This document shows, piece after piece, positions 49,599 to 60,206 of a stretch of DNA of 64,000 nucleotides; position 1 is the stretch's first letter, and every line of letters begins with the position of its first letter. A program made the translations under genes and the position numbers. A model generated the notes under the pieces. That model did not search any database. It was not told the origin of the DNA and saw only the letters and a list, made by a program, of their open reading frames with translations. The stretch comes from an uncultured archaeon. Lineage in GTDB: Archaea > Asgardarchaeota > Lokiarchaeia > Sigyniarchaeales > SOKP01. The stretch spans positions 552,242 to 616,241 of the forward strand of contig CAZALK010000001.1 of the NCBI GenBank assembly GCA_964486045.1. Reading direction: 5' to 3'.

Positions 49599-50338
49599 CC
49601 CTTTAAAAATTCAGTATTTTAATTCTCATAATTGATTTTGCACATATAAATATTTGCGTTTGGTGGATTTATCCATTAATAATAATCTCGTTTTATCAAT
49701 TTTGAATTATAGTTTAGATCTTAAAATTTTTATAAGTTTCTTTTTTGTCTTAATATAATGCGACATTAATATAAGGCACACGGTAAATATTATTATCTTC
49801 GTTCTTTTCAAACTTAATGTCCTAAATGCAGCATAGATGCTTTACATTGGGAATGCTGGCATGAAAATAAAACCTTTTTTACCTATCCCCCTTAAACAAA
49901 ATTACTACATCATTTTTGTCGGTATAAGAAAGTGTGAATACAAAAACGGAAAGTTGTTATTGTTACAGTGGAAGGTTAAAAACGTATTTTAGAATATAAG
50001 TCCCCAAGCTGGCCTATATGTGAAAAATTATTCAAAAGTTTAATAAATTAAGATGATCATTTACAGAGATTAGGAGAGCCAGATTTTTAAAATCAAACTC
50101 TTTTCGAGAATATATTGAATTCTGAAATAAGAGATCGATTGATAAAACAAAGAATCACAGATCTAGATCTAACGCATATTAAGCAAAAATTTGGCAGAAT
50201 TAAAATCAATAAAAAGAAATAAATTGATCAATTTCTTCTTATCGATAAATTTTTAATAAATCAGTTTATAATTATTTTATATTAAATTGTGATGTCATTA
50301 AATAACCGAATCAAATTCATAAAAAATAGTGAAAAATT

Positions 50339-50986
50339 ATGCCAGTAGATCCAGCAACAGCTGTCTATAATTTAATGCAAGCAGATCCTAGTATAATAGC
50401 GGGAGCTGTTCTCAAAGGTAAAGAAATTATTTATTCTACAGATAATTGGGATATTAGTGCAGATGTAGGTAGAATTGTTTCTAGTTGGATTGGACAAAAT
50501 GCCCGATTTATTATGGTTTCAGGAGTTAAGTATTCGATGTTGCAGATGGAAGCTGAACGAATGGTTGCCATGTCTTACAAAGGTGAAGGATCCATCGTAG
50601 CAGCAAAGGATGATGAACATAAATTAATTGTTTATGTAGGTCCTGATGGAGACGGTAGGGGTGCTGCGATGGATGTTCAAAAAGCCCTTGCAACATTGAG
50701 CTCAGAGGCAGCATATATAGACGCAAGCGCACAACTGGGTCAAAAAGGTGATCAAATGGGAGGAACAGCTTCCGCAGGAGGAACTTCAATGCAAGCAGCA
50801 CCTTCAGTTGGGGGAACGAGCGTAGATCCCCAATTACAAGGTGAAATTAAAGCCTTTTTAGATTGGATTAAAGATGGGGAAGGTTTAGCAGGATATGTTA
50901 GTTATTATCTTCAACAAAATAATGCCCAAATCATTTCTGAATTATCAAAAATCTACAATGAATTAAGACAAATCTTTGGCGTCTGA
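50339..50986 (+). CDS. Asgard profilin-like protein with C-terminal linker and helical extension
   Basis: IIYSTDNWDIS, VSGVKY, ERMVA...KGEG, IVYV.P match Loki profilin motifs (QTENWNIS, QGIKY, ERKIG...GKG, TYVNP). Confidence 0.75.
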   Translation: MPVDPATAVYNLMQADPSIIAGAVLKGKEIIYSTDNWDISADVGRIVSSWIGQNARFIMVSGVKYSMLQMEAERMVAMSYKGEGSIVAAKDDEHKLIVYVGPDGDGRGAAMDVQKALATLSSEAAYIDASAQLGQKGDQMGGTASAGGTSMQAAPSVGGTSVDPQLQGEIKAFLDWIKDGEGLAGYVSYYLQQNNAQIISELSKIYNELRQIFGV

Positions 50987-51152
50987 TTTTTCATAAAGTT
51001 ACAATTTCTTTATTAAGTTTGCATTGATTTTGTCAGAAAAAGCTAAAAATTTTTTTTTAGCTAAATTTATATAATTTCGAGGATCATATTATAAGTAAAT
51101 TCTAAAATTTATCATATTAATGATAGTTTGAGAACCTATGATTTATTTTTGA

Positions 51153-51635
51153 ATGAAGAAAACGGGAAATTCAATGAGTAAAAAGAATAAACGCCATAAG
51201 TCTGAAAACAATAACGGTAATAAAAAAGAAAATGATAGTGAAGGAAATAATCACTCAGAATTAAAAATATTGAGTGCAGATTCGAATATTGAAGATAAGG
51301 CGCTTGCTATTCCTGCTATTCCTGAGCTCCCTAAACAAAAAGAGAAACTATTAATAAATTCTCCAGATCTAGCTCCTGATGTTTTAATGAGGATTAAAAA
51401 AGTAGAGTCTCCTGAAATGAAGGTGGTTTTAGTCAATTGTGAACGATGTAGAGCAGTTATTCCTATTCCAGTACCAAAAATATTGGTTACCGAATCAGAA
51501 TTACCAATTGTACCTATTAGTTTTGTCCACAAAAATCTTGGTAATGAAGACCGACATTGTATAACTATTCATTTAGATCATGATTTTGATATTAGAAGGC
51601 AGAGATTGTCTGATGTGGTTATATCATTGGATTGA
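51153..51635 (+). CDS. hypothetical protein with Cys/His metal-binding domain
   Basis: CERC...FVH...HCITIHLDHDF.IRRQ. Confidence 0.7.
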   Translation: MKKTGNSMSKKNKRHKSENNNGNKKENDSEGNNHSELKILSADSNIEDKALAIPAIPELPKQKEKLLINSPDLAPDVLMRIKKVESPEMKVVLVNCERCRAVIPIPVPKILVTESELPIVPISFVHKNLGNEDRHCITIHLDHDFDIRRQRLSDVVISLD

Positions 51636-51695
51636 TTTTTTTTTCATAATTAAGATCTCTATTAAAAAGTATTTAAGGAAGATAAGAGGACAAAA

Positions 51696-52070
51696 ATGGA
51701 GTTGTTAGCAGCAAGGAGTATGAAAGTTGAAACCATTACAATCTTTTTAAAACTCTTCCAGTTATTTAAAAGTTTTTTATTACTTATTTCTGATCAAGAA
51801 AATATGGGTATTGGAAATGTCACTTTAGGCAGCCCTTCACTTGTTAAGGGTGTTAAATCCCCAACTTCTTCCTATAATTTATTTGGTATGAAAGGTAATT
51901 TATTAAGTTCAATAATAGCTGAAAAAGCTTCTAATGCATTAAAAGCTCCAGTTTTGCTCTTATTATTTTTAAAAAACAAGATTGAGGATGAAAAAATTGT
52001 AAAACCCATTATTAATTTTTTAAACGTAGTTTTAGGCGAGATATCTGAAGGAAATAAAAGTATAAAATGA
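51696..52070 (+). CDS. possible proteasome assembly chaperone 4-like protein
   Basis: LLISD...IGNVTLGSP...LFG...IAEKAS...PVLL pattern. Confidence 0.45.
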   Translation: MELLAARSMKVETITIFLKLFQLFKSFLLLISDQENMGIGNVTLGSPSLVKGVKSPTSSYNLFGMKGNLLSSIIAEKASNALKAPVLLLLFLKNKIEDEKIVKPIINFLNVVLGEISEGNKSIK

Positions 52071-52112
52071 TTTTTATTTCTTGAATTACTATTTAATTTA
52101 AAAATTCCTAAA

Positions 52113-52276
52113 GCAGGGATAACCAAGTTGGCCAACGGTGCCGGACTCTTCTGAGAATATTTAATCTTATTAGCTGGATTCAAGATCAATTTAATCTAAA
52201 TACCGTTGAATGAACCAATTTTTGATGAGATATCCGGTGAGATAGCTCTTCGTGGGTTCGAATCCCACTCCCTGCA
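52113..52276 (+). tRNA. tRNA-Leu(CAA) with two introns: 32/33 (52147-52179) and 37/38 (52185-52231)
   Basis: GCAGGGA/UCCCUGC acceptor, long variable arm, CCGGA/UCCGG stem; spliced loop CU-CAA-GA; both introns form BHB. Confidence 0.9.
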
Positions 52277-52371
52277 TTTCCAAAGTAACGAGATTTTTAA
52301 AAAATAATTTTCAATTTAAATATTTATGATTAATTTATGAAGAACAACTATTTAAGGTAAATTTCTCACTC

Positions 52372-52611
52372 CTAACCACCAAAGAGGCTTGGAAGAAATA
52401 AGATTAGTATCATTCCTACCATCATTACAATTAAGAATATACATTGGAACCTTCCTTTCTTTTTCTTCTTTCTTTCACTTTCTACTAAATTGTCTTTGCA
52501 GCTTTGACTACAAAATTTTTTGTCTGTTGGCATAGCTTTGCCACAAATAGGACAATGACTATGAGGTCCCCATTTTTTTTTAATTTGTTCTTTCCATGAA
52601 GATTGAGACAT
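52372..52611 (-). CDS. DUF2116 family Zn-ribbon protein with C-terminal TM helix
   Basis: PHSHCPICG..P.DKKFCSQSC + basic patch + hydrophobic tail. Confidence 0.85.
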   Translation of the reverse strand: MSQSSWKEQIKKKWGPHSHCPICGKAMPTDKKFCSQSCKDNLVESERKKKKKGRFQCIFLIVMMVGMILILFLPSLFGG

Positions 52612-52689
52612 TTTGTTTTCCTTTAAGTTTTTCTTAGCCTTGAAAGTTATCTTTGTAAAATAATATTATTTAAATAATTTTTGTATTAC

Positions 52690-53400
52690 TCACTCTTTCG
52701 AGATAATTGTACCATTTATTTCTTTTTCTCCACCCCAAAATTTTTTGAATTCGTTTAGGTCTTTACCTGATGTGACTATAACTCGAATATTACTACGTTT
52801 TAAAATTTGTAGCGAGACAAAATCGAAAATTCGATATTCACCTGCAGCAACCTGATCGTCACCTTGAAGATTTAAAAAGAGGTCCTCAAGTTGCTTATAT
52901 GTAAGATGTTTCATCAATTGAGCATTGTTAAACTTTTTAGGATCTTTATCAAATATCCCTTCAACATCTGTTAAGATCACTAACTCTTCTGCTCCACTAA
53001 ATTCTGCAACTTCTAAAGCTACGGAAGTAGTAGATTGACCAGGTTGTAATCCTCCCATAATGATAATCTTATTAAAAAGTAAAGCTAGTGAGAGTTCTTC
53101 CATGGATTTTGGGACTTGAGGATAAGCGAAATCTTGAAGAGAGGCTATTAATAATTTAGAATTAATTCGGGAAACTTCTATTCCAAAAATATCAGATAAT
53201 GCTTCAGATCCTTTCAGAGATCTTACAGTATTTATATATTCTCTTGCAATTGACCCCCCTCCGCAAATAATAATGAATGGTTCAGTGAATTTCCTACTTT
53301 TAAAGATATTACAGAATTCCGTAATTTTTTCAGAATTTATTTTATTATTTTCAGTGAATAATAAAGATCCACCAATTTTTATAACAGTATTTTCATTCAT
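52690..53400 (-). CDS. pyrH: UMP kinase
   Basis: VIKIGGS, GGGSIAR.YI, D..GI..SR.N, GG.QPGQST, TDVEGIFDKDP. Confidence 0.93.
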   Translation of the reverse strand: MNENTVIKIGGSLLFTENNKINSEKITEFCNIFKSRKFTEPFIIICGGGSIAREYINTVRSLKGSEALSDIFGIEVSRINSKLLIASLQDFAYPQVPKSMEELSLALLFNKIIIMGGLQPGQSTTSVALEVAEFSGAEELVILTDVEGIFDKDPKKFNNAQLMKHLTYKQLEDLFLNLQGDDQVAAGEYRIFDFVSLQILKRSNIRVIVTSGKDLNEFKKFWGGEKEINGTIISKE

Positions 53401-53469
53401 AACATTTTCATTCTAATTTTTTATTTATTAATATATAGATGATTTAATAAATTAAGTTACTTACCTTCT

Positions 53470-54432
53470 ATGGCACCCTATAAAAGAGAAGTTATTGTTG
53501 AAGTACCTCATAGAATTTCTGGTTTTTTTGAAATAGTAGATGAAATTAATGGTACTAAAATAGATAATCCCGAAAGAATTGGATCAAGAGGTGCTGGTTT
53601 CAACTTAAGTGCTGTAGGAAGAACTAAGATTAAGGTTGAAAGGATTAGTAAGATTGACAGTCATGAAATAGGAATTTTTATCAATAATGTAAAGGTTGAT
53701 GAGAAAGCTGAGACGACCTATTACATTTATAATTACATTAAAAGATTTTTAGAAAATTCAGTAAAGATTACAATTTCTCATAACTTTGATTTACCTGTTG
53801 GATGTGGATATGGAGCTAGCGGATCGGGGGCTTTAGGTTCTATTTATGGGTTAAACAATGTTCTCAATTTAGGATTATCAAATATAGAAAAAGGCAAAAT
53901 AGCTCATATTGCAGAAGTTGTGAATCGTACAGGTTTGGGTACTGTTTGTGGACAATTACGCGGTGGGTTATGCATACTTAAAGAACCAGGTTACCCTTGT
54001 GTGACTGAAAGTATTAAGGTGCCTAGAGATTTAAAAATAATCTGTGGATCCTTTGGAATGATACATACGAAGTCCATATTGACAGATCCAGTGTTAAATA
54101 TGAAAATAAAAAGGGCAGGTAGAAAAGCACAAAAAAAGATATTACGAGAACAAAGTGTTGGATCTTTTATAAGAGCGTCAATAGACTTTGTGAAAGAGAC
54201 TGATATACTTGACATTCTTGGTTTATATGAGATAGAAGAGTTAGTTCGACATCTTAATAAATTGAGGATTTTAGGGGCAAGTATGAATCAATTAGGAAGA
54301 TCTGTTTTTGCAATCTGTAAAGAGGAAGATGAGAAACAAGTAAAAGAGATTTTTTATCCCTACGAACCAGAAATAAAAATTTTCAATTTATCTATTAGTA
54401 CGAAAGGGCTACATATTTTAAATACCAAATAA
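53470..54432 (+). CDS. pantoate kinase (GHMP family)
   Basis: VP..ISGFF, GSRGAG, PVGCGYGASG, AH.AEV..RTGLG, SMNQLG. Confidence 0.9.
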   Translation: MAPYKREVIVEVPHRISGFFEIVDEINGTKIDNPERIGSRGAGFNLSAVGRTKIKVERISKIDSHEIGIFINNVKVDEKAETTYYIYNYIKRFLENSVKITISHNFDLPVGCGYGASGSGALGSIYGLNNVLNLGLSNIEKGKIAHIAEVVNRTGLGTVCGQLRGGLCILKEPGYPCVTESIKVPRDLKIICGSFGMIHTKSILTDPVLNMKIKRAGRKAQKKILREQSVGSFIRASIDFVKETDILDILGLYEIEELVRHLNKLRILGASMNQLGRSVFAICKEEDEKQVKEIFYPYEPEIKIFNLSISTKGLHILNTK

Positions 54433-54433
54433 A

Positions 54434-55249
54434 CTAAACATTTTCATTCATAGATTTAGATTTTAAGGTTGCAACTTCTACCGCCCTGATAAGTGTGGCC
54501 CTTAATTTTGCGGATTCAATTTCATGAATTGCGGTAATAGTTGTACCTCCCGGAGTTGCCACCATATCCTTTAATTCTCCAGGATGTTTTTTAGTTTCTA
54601 ATACTAATTTTGCAGCACCTAATACTGTTTGGGCTGCTAATTTTACAGCAATGTCTCTAGGAAGTCCCATTTTTACACCCCCATCAGCTAAAGATTCAAT
54701 TATAATAAATAAGTACGCGGGTCCACTTCCTGATAAACCTGTTACTGCATCAAGGTGTTTTTCTTCTAATTCTACCACGAGTCCAAGAGCATTAAATAAA
54801 TTTATAACATATTCCAACTCTGTTTGTTTTATAAACTTATTAGATGATACAACTGAGGCAGCTGCCCTTACTAATGCTGGAGTATTAGTCATAACCCTCA
54901 CAATGCTCACATTTTTATTAAAATATTTGTTAACATGATCTATTGAAATTCCCGCTGCAATTGTAATGATTATATGATCTTCTGTTATTAACGGACTAAT
55001 TTCTTCTAATACACTATCAATCACTTGGGGTAACACAGCCAATATTATGAATTTAGATTCTTGGACTACAAATTTATTACTATCAGCAAAATCCACCTTA
55101 TTTTCAGTGGCTATTTCTTGTAGGATATCTTTTCTTATATCATGAATTATTATTTTTTCACTTTGTATCGTTTTTGAATTAATTAACACTCTCAATATAG
55201 TAGATCCAATTTTCCCTACTCCAATGATGCCCAATTCTTTTTGAAACAT
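54434..55249 (-). CDS. proC: pyrroline-5-carboxylate reductase
   Basis: RVMTNTP, TGLSGSGPAY, VATPGGTT. Confidence 0.95.
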   Translation of the reverse strand: MFQKELGIIGVGKIGSTILRVLINSKTIQSEKIIIHDIRKDILQEIATENKVDFADSNKFVVQESKFIILAVLPQVIDSVLEEISPLITEDHIIITIAAGISIDHVNKYFNKNVSIVRVMTNTPALVRAAASVVSSNKFIKQTELEYVINLFNALGLVVELEEKHLDAVTGLSGSGPAYLFIIIESLADGGVKMGLPRDIAVKLAAQTVLGAAKLVLETKKHPGELKDMVATPGGTTITAIHEIESAKLRATLIRAVEVATLKSKSMNENV

Positions 55250-55416
55250 ATATAATAAATTCCAGCAATACTTAAAAATTAAAGGATTTATTCTAAAAGT
55301 GATAAAACAATCTCAAGTAAATCTTAACAAGATAAGTTGTTAAAGGGGATCGTATAGGATAGATCATACCATGAGGAAAAACATTTAGAGAAAAGTGTTG
55401 AATATTGTTCTGTCTC

Positions 55417-56158
55417 TCAATTATATAAATAGGATTTTAAGTTTTCGATTAGATCAGATCTAATTCTTCCATGGTTTCTGTCATGTCCTTCACAAACCAT
55501 ACTTCTGACACCAATAATATCTGGCTTTATTTTTCTAATTTTTGATAAAACACTTTGCTTTAAATTACCAGCTAGAGCAACTTGTAAGTTTAAATTCCCC
55601 GCTTTTTCTTTAAATTCAATTAGTTGGCTAACATTTAAAAAATCAAATAATCCTTTTTTGTCTTTAATGTATGTATCAAGCATAGCAACGTCCGCACCAG
55701 ATTCAGCAGCTATTGTGGGAATTGTAAGGAAATCTAAGGAAGTGTTCATTCTTACATAATCCGCATATCCTGCGGTTACAACCTTAATATTATTATTGTA
55801 ATTTTTTACTGCTTTTACAACATTTTTCATCAACTTTATTCCTTCCTCAACATTTTTGGGACCTTTTAAACCCACTTTTACTATATCCGCACCGGAGACT
55901 GCAGCACCCAATGCCGCTAAAGAGGCAGATCCGGGTAAATTAGGAAAATCACCTATAGTAGCGCTTAACAATTGCGAACTGTTTTTAGGAAGCAGATCTT
56001 TCATTTCTTTTATAATCCAAGGAAAATTCGCTCCAAGTGAACCCTCATCTGGATTTTTACAATCAATAATACCTACTTGAGATGATATCACGATTTTAGC
56101 TTCTTCAATTGTTTTTGGGCTTATCAGAAGTTGAATTTTATGGCACATGACTGTCATA
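55417..56158 (-). CDS. mfnB: 4-(hydroxymethyl)-2-furancarboxaldehyde-phosphate synthase (methanofuran biosynthesis)
   Basis: LLISP...EA, DCKNP.EGSLGANFPW, SATIGD, KVGL, MLDT..KD, ALAG, GVR; start moved to MTVM... Confidence 0.9.
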
Positions 56159-56342
56159 TATAATTTAAAAATATTAAAAAATTTATTTAAGACGTTAATC
56201 AATTTTTTTTCAAATTTAAGAATAATTATATTAAGATTATCAATATTTAAAAATATCAGAGAGGTTGAAGAATAGAACAATTATATAAAAATTTAAATTA
56301 TATCATTTTTATTAAATATAAAAATATGAATATTAAGTTATT

Positions 56343-56870
56343 ATGTCTCCTAAAGAAATTACCAAATTAGATATAACGAACGAAGTATTTAAAGAACCAA
56401 AAGAGGTAATTGACCAGTTATCTTCGAAGATGGATCTAAAATATACTAAAGTAATACAAACTTATGTTATGGAAGATCGAAGATTGAATTTAACTTTAGA
56501 GAATGAAGGGTCTGGATATTTTAAGGGAAAAGTCGTTTGGATTGGCAATAAAAAGGACGACACAGAAGGATCGATTTTTTGCGTTGATACTAAAGATGAA
56601 ATAAAACAGATCAACCCCACTGCAGAAAATACTGAAAAAGTAATATTAGATGTAAAGAAGGACTTAATCAAAATATCTACTGCCTCGAAGACAAAGTGTT
56701 CTGTGTGTGGGAAAAATATAGAAATTTTTGATGAATTAAATGGTTGTCCTATATGTGAAGCAAAAGCACACAAAGATCATTTAACAGATTGGGTTAGAAT
56801 GAAGCATACATGTCCAGTTTGCAAAAAATCATTAAGTGTTTCCAGCACTGGCGTAATTTTTATAGAGTAA
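56343..56870 (+). CDS. protein with C-terminal RING-like zinc finger
   Basis: CSVC-x11-CPIC...AH.DH..DW.....CPVC. Confidence 0.75.
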   Translation: MSPKEITKLDITNEVFKEPKEVIDQLSSKMDLKYTKVIQTYVMEDRRLNLTLENEGSGYFKGKVVWIGNKKDDTEGSIFCVDTKDEIKQINPTAENTEKVILDVKKDLIKISTASKTKCSVCGKNIEIFDELNGCPICEAKAHKDHLTDWVRMKHTCPVCKKSLSVSSTGVIFIE

Positions 56871-56873
56871 AAT

Positions 56874-57617
56874 TTATACAATAGATAAATTTCTTACTTT
56901 TTCAATATTTATTGTGCCATCATATAAAGCAGTAGCAATTAGTACTCCTGCGAAGTTGAGATTTTTATATTTTAATATATCATCATAATCTTTAATTCCA
57001 CCACCCACAAGAATATTTCCTTGGAATGATTTTTGAATTTCTAGGTATTGTGGAGGAATTCCCCCAATTTTTTGGCCTACCCGGAACAAATCTAGAAGTA
57101 TTAATTCTTTTACGCCGATTTCTTCCATAATTTTAACAATTTCTATTGGGTTTTTATCTTTTACTTTCTCAGCATTTGATATTACTTTCTCTTTATACAT
57201 ATCGATACTAAGAACTAATTTATTCTTTCCTATTATTTTTAGAGCTTCTTTAATTACTTCTAAATTTTTTACCGTTTCTAACCCAATTATCAGTTTATTA
57301 AAATTAAATTTAGAAAAACGTAGAATATCATTAATATCAACTATTCCTAAATCGATCATTACATTAATATCTGATATCTTCAAAATTTTGTTCAAAATGG
57401 GAAAACTAGGTTTTCCTTTAATTATGGCATCTAAATCTGCGATGTAGAAATCCTTGAATTTATAATTAGATGCAAGGATTTTTAAAATTTCGAGTGGTTT
57501 AGATGTTTTAAATAATTTTGAAGTAAGGGGTTTATAGCTATTTCTTTCACCTCTTATTGCATGCACTGATTCTGAATTTAAAATATCTAAAACCGGAATT
57601 ACTTTAAACTCTTTCAT
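56874..57617 (-). CDS. HisA/HisF-related TIM-barrel protein (C1-cofactor biosynthesis-linked)
   Basis: VIPVLD...VHA..G.R..Y.P, YIADLDAI, LDL.RVG, VGGGI. Confidence 0.85.
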   Translation of the reverse strand: MKEFKVIPVLDILNSESVHAIRGERNSYKPLTSKLFKTSKPLEILKILASNYKFKDFYIADLDAIIKGKPSFPILNKILKISDINVMIDLGIVDINDILRFSKFNFNKLIIGLETVKNLEVIKEALKIIGKNKLVLSIDMYKEKVISNAEKVKDKNPIEIVKIMEEIGVKELILLDLFRVGQKIGGIPPQYLEIQKSFQGNILVGGGIKDYDDILKYKNLNFAGVLIATALYDGTINIEKVRNLSIV

Positions 57618-57800
57618 AAATCTCTGAATTAGGACTTGAAAAAAGGTTTTTTGGTTTGAAATTTAATCATTTAATTCTTTATTACATAAATGAAAAATTA
57701 CCTTTATTTGATACTCTCTAATTTTAAAAGAATTATATTTTAATTAACAAATAATAATTTTTTTTTTATATAATAAATACTAAATAATTTTAATAATTAG

Positions 57801-59540
57801 GTGAATTTTAGCATTATGAGTGAAATGAAAACTGAAGTATATATAAACAAGATTATTGAAAATACTGGCTTAACAAGAAAAGAAATTCAAGATATGGTTG
57901 GAGATAAAAAGAATGAATTAAAAGGTTTAATATCTGAGGAGGGAGCATTATTTATTATTGCCAGAGAGTTGGGTGTTGATGTAAAGGAGGAGAATAAAGA
58001 GTTAATACAGGATATCGACATATTTATATCAGATATTTCTCCTAATATGAAAAATATCAATTTAGTTGGAAGAATTAATGAGATCCATCGCGTTAACAAA
58101 TTTAATAAGACCGATGGTGGAGTTGGTTATGTGGGTTCTTTCTTATTACACGATAAGACAGGAGATATTCGAATTGTATTATGGGATGACCAAGTAAATA
58201 TATTTAATGACAATAATTTTGAAATAAATGAATTAGTTAAAATTATAAATGGAACTGCGAGGAAAGGGAGATATGATGAGCTGGAAATACATATCGGAAG
58301 ATTTGGAAAAATAATATTATCTCCTGATGATATAGATTATAAAGATTATCCCAAAATAAAATTTAAATTATCGAACATAAATGAAATTAATTTGGGTCTA
58401 AAATCTATATCAATTGAGGGTAGAATAATTCAGATTTCACCAATAAAAGAGTTTACAAAAAAGGATGGCGAATTAGGGAGGGTAGGATCTCTAACACTTT
58501 TAGATTCTACAGGAGATACAAGATTAACATTTTGGAACGATGATATTGAAAAAATTGAAAAATTAGAAATTAATGATGTCATCACAATATCTAATCTTAC
58601 TCCAAGATTAAATACTTATGATTCTAAATCTATTGATCTGTATGCTAATAGAAGCTCGGTTGTTAAAAAGATATCAAAAGACATACAAATAAAGGGAGAG
58701 TTAGTACAAAATATTGGCATGCTGCAAAATCATAAAGGTATTGTATCATTTAAAGGGAAAATAATATCGATTGATAATTTAAAAACAATTGAATCAAAAT
58801 CTGGTGAAACATTTTCACTTTTAGGATTTGTAGTTAGTGATGATACTGACGGGATTAGAATTACAATATGGAGAGAAAAAGCGGAGGAATTCTCAAAGAA
58901 ATTGTCGATTGGTCAAGGATTATTACTAAAAAACGTTATGGTAAAGTACAGTAGCTTCTCACAAAGAAATGAAATTTCATTAATAAATGAATCAATTTTA
59001 GAATTAAAAGAATTTGAAATTGAGAACTTGAAGACAATAGATGTAACGAAACCTAACTCTCGGGCTAATTTTTCTGGTAATTACAAAAAAATCGACTCAA
59101 TTAATGTTCCGACTAATGTTGAATTAAAGGGTTATATTGCGAAAGATCTCAACAATATAAATATTTATGAAGCATGCATAAAATGCTTTAAAAAAGTGGA
59201 TAACTGTACGTGTAATGAGACAAACGAAACAGAATATCGAATGATTGTTAATCTTTTAATTGATGATGGAAGTGGTTCAATTAGAGTGACATTTATTGGT
59301 GATATAGCAGAAAAGTTTATGATGGTAAAGACAGAAAAACTCGTTCAAATTAAGGAAACTCCTGATTTTGATAAATTTATGGAGAAAAAATCTTCTGAAC
59401 TTTTGGGTAAAGACATAATAATTAAAGGTAAAGCAAAATTCAGCGACTATTCAAACTCTTATGAAATAATGGCTTATGATTTCAAATATTTAAATGTTGA
59501 TGAAGAATTAGAAAGGGAAATAAGAAAAATTGAAACCTAA
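57801..59540 (+). CDS. replication protein A large subunit (RPA70-like, multiple OB folds + Zn finger)
   Basis: GLISEEGAL.IIA.ELG; DKTGDIR.VLW, DSTGDTRLTFW, DDTDGIRITIW, DDGSGSIR; ACIKC..CTC. Confidence 0.9.
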   Translation: MNFSIMSEMKTEVYINKIIENTGLTRKEIQDMVGDKKNELKGLISEEGALFIIARELGVDVKEENKELIQDIDIFISDISPNMKNINLVGRINEIHRVNKFNKTDGGVGYVGSFLLHDKTGDIRIVLWDDQVNIFNDNNFEINELVKIINGTARKGRYDELEIHIGRFGKIILSPDDIDYKDYPKIKFKLSNINEINLGLKSISIEGRIIQISPIKEFTKKDGELGRVGSLTLLDSTGDTRLTFWNDDIEKIEKLEINDVITISNLTPRLNTYDSKSIDLYANRSSVVKKISKDIQIKGELVQNIGMLQNHKGIVSFKGKIISIDNLKTIESKSGETFSLLGFVVSDDTDGIRITIWREKAEEFSKKLSIGQGLLLKNVMVKYSSFSQRNEISLINESILELKEFEIENLKTIDVTKPNSRANFSGNYKKIDSINVPTNVELKGYIAKDLNNINIYEACIKCFKKVDNCTCNETNETEYRMIVNLLIDDGSGSIRVTFIGDIAEKFMMVKTEKLVQIKETPDFDKFMEKKSSELLGKDIIIKGKAKFSDYSNSYEIMAYDFKYLNVDEELEREIRKIET

Positions 59541-59676
59541 TTCTTTACTATCCTTTTCTATAATTCGTTAAACTCATAAACTAACTTGTATATAAAATTC
59601 AGGTGGAGCTACACACCTTTTGAAGGAAAATTAGTTTAAACTTTATTCTAATACCTAACAATAAAATTCAATACAC

Positions 59677-60111
59677 TTATTGAGAAATCAGACATATATC
59701 GCTAAATTCTTCAGGGTTCTTAATAAGATTATTATATAATTCATGGATCTTCTCAGTAGTTATGTTTAAAAGTTGATGATTGAATGGCCAAACACCAACT
59801 ATTATATCGCCTAATTTTTTAACGTTACCGATTAAATATCCTCTTTTTTCTCCATTTGATGTATAGAGGATTACTAAATAATAATTGAAGTTAAATTTTG
59901 TCTCAGCATTACCCACAACTATAACTTCTTCAATATTTTGAAAAAAAACTATCTTCTTATTTTTTGCACTTAAATTTTTTAATTCCAAAATCAAATTTGC
60001 AGGAATTGTTATGGGATTTTCTACGTTTAAATCTTTAAAACTTAAAGTGAGATTTCTATTCTCAAATTGCTCGATTGCTTTAAATATGACTTTATAAATT
60101 ATAGAATCCAT
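59677..60111 (-). CDS. hypothetical protein
   Basis: Clean ORF downstream of aIF1. Confidence 0.7.
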   Translation of the reverse strand: MDSIIYKVIFKAIEQFENRNLTLSFKDLNVENPITIPANLILELKNLSAKNKKIVFFQNIEEVIVVGNAETKFNFNYYLVILYTSNGEKRGYLIGNVKKLGDIIVGVWPFNHQLLNITTEKIHELYNNLIKNPEEFSDICLISQ

Positions 60112-60206
60112 ACAAATTGTTAAAATAGATATTTTTTAAATTCTTAATAACTAATCGTTTAATACTTTTGCCAAAAATAAATGCTTGTAATAGTTTAAGA
60201 TAATAT

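Noticed and set aside
49600-50338. Structured RNA in the long tfb-profilin intergenic region
   Set aside because: Only short, weak hairpins (e.g. AGCAT/ATGCT near 49830-49860); not enough support without comparative data.
52147-52152. tRNA-Lys(CUU) reading of the 52113 tRNA
   Set aside because: The long variable arm, A73 and two consistent BHB motifs give Leu(CAA).
51872-52189. 105-aa minus-strand ORF
   Set aside because: Overlaps tRNA-Leu and the opposite-strand CDS.
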